Source: Elusimicrobiota bacterium (GTDB lineage Bacteria; Elusimicrobiota; Elusimicrobia; F11). Taken from it: a DNA stretch of 64,000 bases. The notes under the pieces were generated by a model, which was not told the origin of the DNA, searched no databases, and saw nothing but the letters and a program-made list of their open reading frames with translations. How positions within the stretch are numbered: position 1 is the first letter of the stretch; each line of letters begins with the position of its first letter. The position numbers were made by a program, and so were the translations under genes. Shown here in pieces: positions 57,828 through 64,000 of this stretch. The stretch spans positions 64,001-128,000 of the forward strand of contig JBGAON010000003.1 of assembly GCA_044221725.1 (NCBI GenBank), written 5' to 3'.

Positions 57828-58214
57828 ATGTTACGACGCATGTGCCGCGCGAAAATTCATCGCGCAACCATCACCGCTAGCCGCCTCGATTACGAAGGAA
57901 GCATCGAAGTAGATGAATCCCTCATGAAAGCCGCCGGCATTTTCGAACACGAAATGGTTCTCGTTGCGAATTTGGCCAATGGACATCGATTTGAGACTTA
58001 TGTCATCAAAGGCCCGGCCGGTTCCGGAGTGATCGGGCTTAACGGAGCGGCAGCGAGACTCGGTTCGCCCGGAGAGAAAGTCATCATTATGTCGGTGGCG
58101 TGGATGGAACAATCGGAAGCCAAGAAACTAAAACCCCAATTTGTGAAAGTTGATCAGCATAATCGTCTGACCGCTGTAAAAAATGAGGTCACGCGTGGCC
58201 GACCAGTCGCTTAG
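57828..58214 (+). CDS. panD: Aspartate 1-decarboxylase
   Basis: KIHRATIT, YEGSI, NGHRFETY and NGAAAR. Confidence 0.96.
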   Translation: MLRRMCRAKIHRATITASRLDYEGSIEVDESLMKAAGIFEHEMVLVANLANGHRFETYVIKGPAGSGVIGLNGAAARLGSPGEKVIIMSVAWMEQSEAKKLKPQFVKVDQHNRLTAVKNEVTRGRPVA

Positions 58215-58671
58215 TTCGAAGGCAAACCCGTCCGATAAAAAAGTTCTCATCGTGGACGACGATGAGGCCATCGTTACGATGATGAAAATTGCTTTCTCGG
58301 TAGAAGGCTTTGATGTGGCAACCGCGCGCGACGGCCGGAACATTCTAAAGAAAGCCCTCGAGTACAGCCCGGACCTGATTATTTGCGATCTTATGATGCC
58401 CGGAGATGGCGGCTACGAAGTGCTGCGATCGCTTCAGGGGGATCCTGCGACGATGAAGGTGCCGGTGCTCATCATGACCGGTTCGAGTATGGCAGCCTCG
58501 ACCAAAAGTGTGATGCTGCAAGAATCCAACCTCGCCGGATATTTCGAGAAGCCGGTCCGTCCCGAAACTCTCATCAAAGAAACCCACAAATTATTGAATA
58601 CACTCTCTAGCCAAGAAGCGCGCGCGCAGAAGCGAGAAGAGCCGCCGAACCAACTCTGGGAAAAATTCTGA
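58195..58671 (+). CDS. Single-domain response regulator
   Basis: IVDDD, DLMMP and EKP; start uncertain (58183 or 58195). Confidence 0.88.
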   Translation: MADQSLSSKANPSDKKVLIVDDDEAIVTMMKIAFSVEGFDVATARDGRNILKKALEYSPDLIICDLMMPGDGGYEVLRSLQGDPATMKVPVLIMTGSSMAASTKSVMLQESNLAGYFEKPVRPETLIKETHKLLNTLSSQEARAQKREEPPNQLWEKF

Positions 58672-59145
58672 ATGATGACGTGGCTCCGCTCACGCTGGGC
58701 TCAAAATCTACTCGTGGTGCTGATGGGTGTCATCGGGGTCTATTCGTTGGTTCTCATCGACGTGGTTTCGCGAGCGAAAGAATCGTATGCCCAGGCCGAA
58801 ACCTACATGGAATGGTCCCGAAATCCGGAAAAAAAGAAACAGTTTTTTGAAAAAAAGTTTGAAACCTCCAAAGCAAAACTCGACAAAATGCTTTCCGAAA
58901 AGAAGATTCCTGACGATGCGTACAAAGAAAAACTTGAGTCATTAGTATTTGATCGAGATTTTTCGATAAACGAATCTTCGCTAAAGTACGCCTACCAGTA
59001 TTACAAAGACACCTACGAGTTGTTCAGCCCTCCCGAATCGAAGTGGGTGAAGCTGGCCCGCGTAAAAACTCCTGAAACATTGGAGTTGTGGAAACAAGAG
59101 CTGCGTGCGCAAAATATTCCGTTCGAAGACACGATGTTCGAATAA
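58672..59145 (+). CDS. Single-TM hypothetical protein
   Basis: Tightly packed ORF with an N-terminal TM. Confidence 0.7.
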   Translation: MMTWLRSRWAQNLLVVLMGVIGVYSLVLIDVVSRAKESYAQAETYMEWSRNPEKKKQFFEKKFETSKAKLDKMLSEKKIPDDAYKEKLESLVFDRDFSINESSLKYAYQYYKDTYELFSPPESKWVKLARVKTPETLELWKQELRAQNIPFEDTMFE

Positions 59146-59896
59146 GCCAAAGCGCTTTCGCTTCGTCACCGTAAAAAAAGCCGCGAAAAAAATCTCGTAT
59201 TGGTTTTTTGCATTGGCTCTTTTACCGACGTTGTGCGGGGCCGTGCATCAAACGGGCCGAATGGTGCCAATGGTTATGCAGGAGGGGTGGCGCGCGTGGG
59301 GACTGTATGCGGCCGGCATGCTCACGTACGTATTGATCGAGCGATTTGTAGCGAAACCGATGTGGCTTTATGTTTTCGGCCATGAGCTGACACACGTTGT
59401 TTCTGGCGTGCTTTCCGGCGCAAAAATCCATTCGTTTAAAGCCAAGTCGACTGGAGGGGAAGTGCGTTTGTCGAAATCCAATGCATTTATCGCATTGTCA
59501 CCCTATATATTTCCGCTTTACGCGCTCATCATGCTCGGTGTGTACGCGATTACGCACCATTGGTGGAATCCGCCGCAGTTGTTCCCGGTGTTTCAATATT
59601 TGCTCGGCGTCGCCATTGCGTTTCATATTTCATTGACGATATCGGCGATTCACAAGCACCAACCGGATTTAAAAGTGCTGGGGCATTTTTTATCGGGTGT
59701 ATTGATCGCACTGGGGAACGTACTGATATTGGCTATGCTGGGCATGAGCCTCTTTTCGCGGACACCGACCGTGCGTACGTTTTCAACGGCGGTGGGAAGC
59801 GATACGATTCATGTGTGGCAATGGACCGCCCACCACGTGTATCGTGGTTCGCTGGCGGGATACAGCTTTATAAAGGAGCAACAATGGACCCGTTGA
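59105..59896 (+). CDS. M50-like membrane zinc metallopeptidase
   Basis: GHELTH and IALSPY; multi-TM; true start probably further downstream. Confidence 0.72.
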   Translation: MRKIFRSKTRCSNKPKRFRFVTVKKAAKKISYWFFALALLPTLCGAVHQTGRMVPMVMQEGWRAWGLYAAGMLTYVLIERFVAKPMWLYVFGHELTHVVSGVLSGAKIHSFKAKSTGGEVRLSKSNAFIALSPYIFPLYALIMLGVYAITHHWWNPPQLFPVFQYLLGVAIAFHISLTISAIHKHQPDLKVLGHFLSGVLIALGNVLILAMLGMSLFSRTPTVRTFSTAVGSDTIHVWQWTAHHVYRGSLAGYSFIKEQQWTR

Positions 59897-60807
59897 CCCA
59901 CTGTCTTGTTGGTGGAACAGTTTCAAAAACTTTGAAGAATTCACGCGCGCGCTTTTGGATCATGATGTTTTTGGGCGAGGCGCCCGATCTTGACGTCTTC
60001 TTCGGGCATTTCGGGCCATGGGCGTTTTGGTTGCAACATCGAGGAATTACACATTCGTTTTTTGGTGTAACCGTGCAGGCGCTTTTCTACGCCTGGTTAT
60101 TTCAAAAGGTGGACGCCGATCGATATTTAACGCGCGTGTGGCAATATTCAATTCCGCTTTTTCTTCATTCGTTGTGTGATTTTCTCACAAGCTATGGCGT
60201 TCCTCTGTTTTCGCCGGTTACGTTTATCGAGTATTCGGGCAATCTGGTGCCAGCGGTAACGATTGTGCCCATGGTTTTTATGTTGGCGGGACTCATTTTC
60301 GTCTCTCGTCGCCGATTGGAAGGATGGTCAGGCACCAAGCCAATTTGGATCGCTTGGATTTTTTATTTGATGTTTTCGTTGGGCGGGCGATCGTATGCGT
60401 CCCATTTGGTAGGACCCACGACCGAGAAAAAGAGTGTGGTGTCGGGCCTCGCCAATCCATTTCACTGGATGGCCGTTATTCAGCCCAACGATTGTTGCAG
60501 TTATCATTCAATTCTCGTGAACGTGTTAAACGGTGATCGTACCCCTGGCATTGTGCTTGCCACGGATATGTCAAACCCGGTCGTTCAGGCGAGTCTTAAG
60601 TCTCCGGATATTAAACGTTTTGTTAAAACGACACGTTGGCCGATTGCGCGTTTCTCGTCGACAGTGGATGGTGGGTGGAAAGTGGATTGGGGAAAAGTTA
60701 TTTTTTCATCGCGTGGATTTGTGCGGGGGCTGTGGTCCGTGAACATCGACCGCAATGGAAATGTTGGGCCGGCGCAGCACGCTTTTATTTTCTGGAATCC
60801 GGACTAA
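59884..60807 (+). CDS. Membrane metal-dependent hydrolase (YdjM-like)
   Basis: MDPLTH, PDLD, HRGITHS and HSLCDFLTSYG. Confidence 0.88.
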   Translation: MDPLTHCLVGGTVSKTLKNSRARFWIMMFLGEAPDLDVFFGHFGPWAFWLQHRGITHSFFGVTVQALFYAWLFQKVDADRYLTRVWQYSIPLFLHSLCDFLTSYGVPLFSPVTFIEYSGNLVPAVTIVPMVFMLAGLIFVSRRRLEGWSGTKPIWIAWIFYLMFSLGGRSYASHLVGPTTEKKSVVSGLANPFHWMAVIQPNDCCSYHSILVNVLNGDRTPGIVLATDMSNPVVQASLKSPDIKRFVKTTRWPIARFSSTVDGGWKVDWGKVIFSSRGFVRGLWSVNIDRNGNVGPAQHAFIFWNPD

Positions 60808-60808
60808 T

Positions 60809-61534
60809 ATGAAAAAGCAATTTATTGCATCTTTAATTCTCACGTTTTCCGTGCCGCTGCACGCGAATCCGATGCCGGGTGATTTTTATACCGAAGGGTC
60901 GCACAAAGAAAAGAAAATAGCGCTGACGTTTGACGACGGCCCCGGGCCGAACACCGAGAAATTTCTCGCGTTGTTAAAGCGCTATCAGGTCAAAGCGACG
61001 TTCTTTGTTTTGGGCGAGCAAGTGCGCCTTCGGCCCAAAGTGGTGAAAGAAATTGTGGATGGCGGTCATGAAATCGGCAGCCACACGATGACGCATATCA
61101 ATTACAACAAGCGTTACAAATACCGAATGAGTCAAGGCAACGACGCGTCCCGGGCGGCCCAATTAGCAAAAGACGATCTCGTGAAAGATATGAAAGAGGC
61201 GCGCGCGATCATCGAAAAGAACAGCGGAACGAAGCTGAAAATTTTGCGAATGCCGCACGGTGTCGATAAACCATGGATCAAAACAGCCGCCAAAGAAGCG
61301 GGATTCGTGCTCGTGAATTGGACTTATGGGGCGGACTGGACGTCCGCGCCGGCCGAAAAATTAATTTCTGGCTACGCGAATGCGGTCAGGCCGGGCGCGA
61401 TTATTCTTCTGCACGACGGATGGCCAAAGAGCGACAAGTCGCTTCAAGTCGCTGAAGCCGTTATCAAAGCCGCCAAAGAAAAAGGTCTCGAAATTGTAAC
61501 GGTGGGCGAACTCCTCGGCGTTACTTCGTTTTAA
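60809..61534 (+). CDS. Polysaccharide deacetylase (CE4/NodB)
   Basis: LTFDDGP, HTMTH, RMPHG and ILLHDG; signal peptide. Confidence 0.92.
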   Translation: MKKQFIASLILTFSVPLHANPMPGDFYTEGSHKEKKIALTFDDGPGPNTEKFLALLKRYQVKATFFVLGEQVRLRPKVVKEIVDGGHEIGSHTMTHINYNKRYKYRMSQGNDASRAAQLAKDDLVKDMKEARAIIEKNSGTKLKILRMPHGVDKPWIKTAAKEAGFVLVNWTYGADWTSAPAEKLISGYANAVRPGAIILLHDGWPKSDKSLQVAEAVIKAAKEKGLEIVTVGELLGVTSF

Positions 61535-62051
61535 ACCGCTCGACGGACCTTTTTACTTCTTCGATTGCCTGTTCCGCTTTTCCCCAGCCCTGAACTTCGA
61601 TCGGGACACCTTCCAATTGTTTGTAGGTACCAAAGAAATGTTCCACTTCCCGTAAGTAGTGGCTCGGCACATCTTTTAGTTCGTGGTATTCGGCGAACAA
61701 CGGATCCGTATGGGGGACGCCGAGAACTTTGAAATCATTCTTTCCGTCGTCTTTCATTTTAAACAGCCCGACAACGCGCGCTTCAATTAAGCAACCGCTA
61801 AACGTTGGTTCGTTCACCATCACCAGCACGTCGAGTGGATCGCCATCTTCGGCCAGGGTCTGCGGAATAAATCCGTAATCGCCCGGATAATGGCTCGACG
61901 CGAACAAATACCTGTCGAGTCGAATAAGTCCGGTTTTTTTGTCCACTTCAAACTTGTTTCGTCGGCCTTTGGGAATTTCAATGATCGCGTTGATTACGCG
62001 CGGGATGTCGTTGCCCGGCGGGACCAGCATAAACGGATTTGTTTTGGACAT
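61521..62051 (-). CDS. ppa: Family I inorganic pyrophosphatase
   Basis: IEIPKG, YPGDYG, DGDPLD and HFFGTYK. Confidence 0.95.
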   Translation of the reverse strand: MSKTNPFMLVPPGNDIPRVINAIIEIPKGRRNKFEVDKKTGLIRLDRYLFASSHYPGDYGFIPQTLAEDGDPLDVLVMVNEPTFSGCLIEARVVGLFKMKDDGKNDFKVLGVPHTDPLFAEYHELKDVPSHYLREVEHFFGTYKQLEGVPIEVQGWGKAEQAIEEVKRSVERFKTK

Positions 62052-62129
62052 TGATATGTGTTCCTTTTGCGAGCCGGAGACGGACACTCGGGCTCGCGGG
62101 TAATGAGAAGGACACATTATTCCAAAATA

Positions 62130-63143
62130 TTACGGACACACGAGCATGGAGACGCGATTGACACCCAAAACGGACGCACCCGCCGCGTTCGTTGTCCAGC
62201 GGACATCGTCGATATCGAATGTCATTGCGGCGCTACCGGCCGGAGCGTTAAACGCCACGGCGAACGGAACGGTGATTTGACGCAGATCAATGCCAGAGAA
62301 ATCCGACACAGCAATCACAATATCTTGCCACTGACCGGATACATCGCCCGAGCACGCTGGATTGCGTCCCACCGGAACAGAAACGGTTCGTCCGGACCTG
62401 TCGGAAAGATTGATATTGAATGTTTCGGTCGGCGCGAGATTGCGACCCAGTCGGATGGCGAACCGAATCGCGCCACCCGCCAACGAAGAGGCATCGGCGC
62501 TCAAACCTTTGTTGTTTTTCTCGAGCGAGATTCCCCAAAATCCGCCGGCGCCCGTGTTGGACCTCAAGAACTTTGATCCTTCAAACGCGCCGCCAGATTC
62601 TTCGTTAATCGTCAAGCCTCCGCCGGTAAATAACAGCACATCGGGATGTCCGAGAATTCCGCCGGCGTCGTTATAAAGGTTCAAATTTGCCGGAAACGTT
62701 CGTATCGGCGTCGGGGTCGGGGTTGGCGTGGGGGTAGGCGTTGGTGTTGGCGTCGGTGTTTCACCAGGTTTTAACACGATGATCTGACAGCTGGCCTGTT
62801 GGCCGTTGACGCTGGCCGTAACGGTCGCCGTGCCCGCTTGTTTGGACGTGAACGTGACACTGGTTCCCTGCGTTGCGCTGAGCACACCCACACTGGAATT
62901 GGAAACGGTCCAGTTCGCATTGACTGGCGCGCCATTGAGCATAGCGGTCAGGATCTCGTTGCCGGTGAGAGTCACACTTGCCGACGGTGGATTCACGATA
63001 AGCCCCCCTGGGTTCGGTGCCGGAGCTGGGGTCGGGGCCGTCGCGGGTGCGTTTCCGCCTCCGCTATCGGAGCTTTTCTTGTGGCAGGCCGTTACGCCAA
63101 CGATGGTAGCGAGTCCAAAAACCAAGATAATTTTTCTCAACAT
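62130..63143 (-). CDS. Lipoprotein with Ig-like domain, Pro-Thr linker and carbohydrate-binding-like domain
   Basis: Lipobox VTAC; WTVSNSSVG...GTATVTA; (TP)n; WQDIVIAVSDF...IDDVRW. Confidence 0.78.
   Translation of the reverse strand: MLRKIILVFGLATIVGVTACHKKSSDSGGGNAPATAPTPAPAPNPGGLIVNPPSASVTLTGNEILTAMLNGAPVNANWTVSNSSVGVLSATQGTSVTFTSKQAGTATVTASVNGQQASCQIIVLKPGETPTPTPTPTPTPTPTPTPIRTFPANLNLYNDAGGILGHPDVLLFTGGGLTINEESGGAFEGSKFLRSNTGAGGFWGISLEKNNKGLSADASSLAGGAIRFAIRLGRNLAPTETFNINLSDRSGRTVSVPVGRNPACSGDVSGQWQDIVIAVSDFSGIDLRQITVPFAVAFNAPAGSAAMTFDIDDVRWTTNAAGASVLGVNRVSMLVCP
62706..62759 (-). repeat. Degenerate hexanucleotide repeat encoding the (Thr-Pro)9 linker
   Basis: ACN-CCN codon repeats inside the lipoprotein. 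Confidence 0.8.
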
Positions 63144-63159
63144 AACCTCTCCGTATTAA

Positions 63160-63570
63160 TCAGCATGCCACAGAAAATTGTGCGACACCGATATTTTGTT
63201 CATCAAAAAAAACGGCTGCCTTCCACTCGCCTATAAACTGCTGGTAGCCGCGTTCGGGAGCGAAAATTTTTGAAAAAGTTGAACCCAAGCCGCCGCTGAG
63301 TTCAAGCCAAGCAAAGGTGGAACTGTCTTTAATTGGTACTTCCGTGGTTTGCTCATGTTCGCCTTGGGGATTGGTCCATAAGACGAGCAGTCGATGGTCG
63401 CCTTTGGGAACCGCGTTCCAGTCCACCACGATGTAAATTCGGTCACGACATCCGAATTCGTGCACCGCCTGCCTTTTCGTGGGATCGTTCGTGGTCATAA
63501 TGTTCGTCGCCTTCGCAGCTCCACTAACCAGAAGACCGAAGATCGCCAAGCAAAGTTTTGAACACTTCAT
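63160..63570 (-). CDS. Secreted hypothetical protein
   Basis: Signal peptide; WTNPQG and GEWKAAV. Confidence 0.7.
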   Translation of the reverse strand: MKCSKLCLAIFGLLVSGAAKATNIMTTNDPTKRQAVHEFGCRDRIYIVVDWNAVPKGDHRLLVLWTNPQGEHEQTTEVPIKDSSTFAWLELSGGLGSTFSKIFAPERGYQQFIGEWKAAVFFDEQNIGVAQFSVAC

Positions 63571-63633
63571 GTTTTTGTTACGGAGTAACGGGGGAAGCGG
63601 TTCTAGAAATTTATTCGTTAGGAAATGGAGTGC

Positions 63634-63657
63634 GAACCGCCGTCACTGCGAGACGTA
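63634..63657 (+). promoter_or_regulatory. Putative ECF promoter GAAC-N16-CGTA
   Basis: gaac 63634-63637 and cgta 63654-63657. Confidence 0.55.
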
Positions 63658-63699
63658 GCAAATGAAGGGACACTAGAGAGACAAATAAAGGAGGTTCCT

Positions 63700-64000
63700 A
63701 TGGTTGCAACAACAATAGAGAGTACCGTTGAGCGTCGCGCGTTTACTACCCCGCTTACGATGGGGATGTTTGGGCGTCGTGTATCGTGGGCGGCGATCTT
63801 CAGCGGCGTGATCGCAACGACATTTGTTCAGGTTTTGCTGAGTTCGCTCGGTGCTGGCATCGGCGCGAATGCCGTCGATGCGAACAACGGCGTATCGACG
63901 GGAATTGGCGTTGGCGCGGGCCTTTGGATGTTTATCAGCACAATTGTTTCCTTATTCATTGGAGGGTGGATGGCCGGACGACTTTCGGGTATTCCTCGAA
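63700..64000 (+). CDS. Membrane protein, 3'-truncated by the window edge (not in the ORF track)
   Basis: RBS aaggagg; MVATTIES...RVSWAAIFSG...GGWMAGRL, open to the window end. Confidence 0.8.
   Translation, partial: MVATTIESTVERRAFTTPLTMGMFGRRVSWAAIFSGVIATTFVQVLLSSLGAGIGANAVDANNGVSTGIGVGAGLWMFISTIVSLFIGGWMAGRLSGIPR

Noticed and set aside
1..64000. tRNA, rRNA, CRISPR, transposase, integrase or prophage genes
   Set aside because: None recognised by eye; the holin-family gene sits in an ElaB-type stress operon, not a phage.

Overview
A gene-dense bacterial chromosomal segment of about 53% GC (visual estimate). It comes from a diderm organism; Elusimicrobiota is a guess from gene content, not established. 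I saw no rRNA, tRNA, CRISPR array or mobile element. Gene content in order: a general-stress block (ferritin, ElaB/YqjE/YqjK-like, RpoE-RseA-RseB-like, SOD); PPK2; an ECF-sigma-associated MNIO (DUF692) RiPP cluster whose secreted precursor has five C-x5-C-x5-C repeats; surface glycosylation genes; a KimA-like transporter behind a c-di-AMP riboswitch; short leuA behind a leader-peptide attenuator; carboxy(nor)spermidine genes; a porin-sbp-cysTWA sulfate operon; PPi-dependent PEPCK; mscL; a long metal-uptake operon; hemH; a degenerate signalling module; panD and ppa. The most notable signals are largely non-coding: (1) two tandem SAM-II/SAM-V-like pseudoknots ahead of the sulfate operon, one tied to a terminator and one to the RBS; (2) a duplicated ECF promoter linking a SigK-like sigma and FecR-type anti-sigma to the RiPP operon; (3) two Cys/Pro leader ORFs (RAPP and PPPR ends) whose final codons are complementary to the next gene's RBS; (4) a second ECF promoter motif, GAAC-N16-CGTA, repeated before stress genes. 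All family assignments come from motif recognition by eye; no searches were run.
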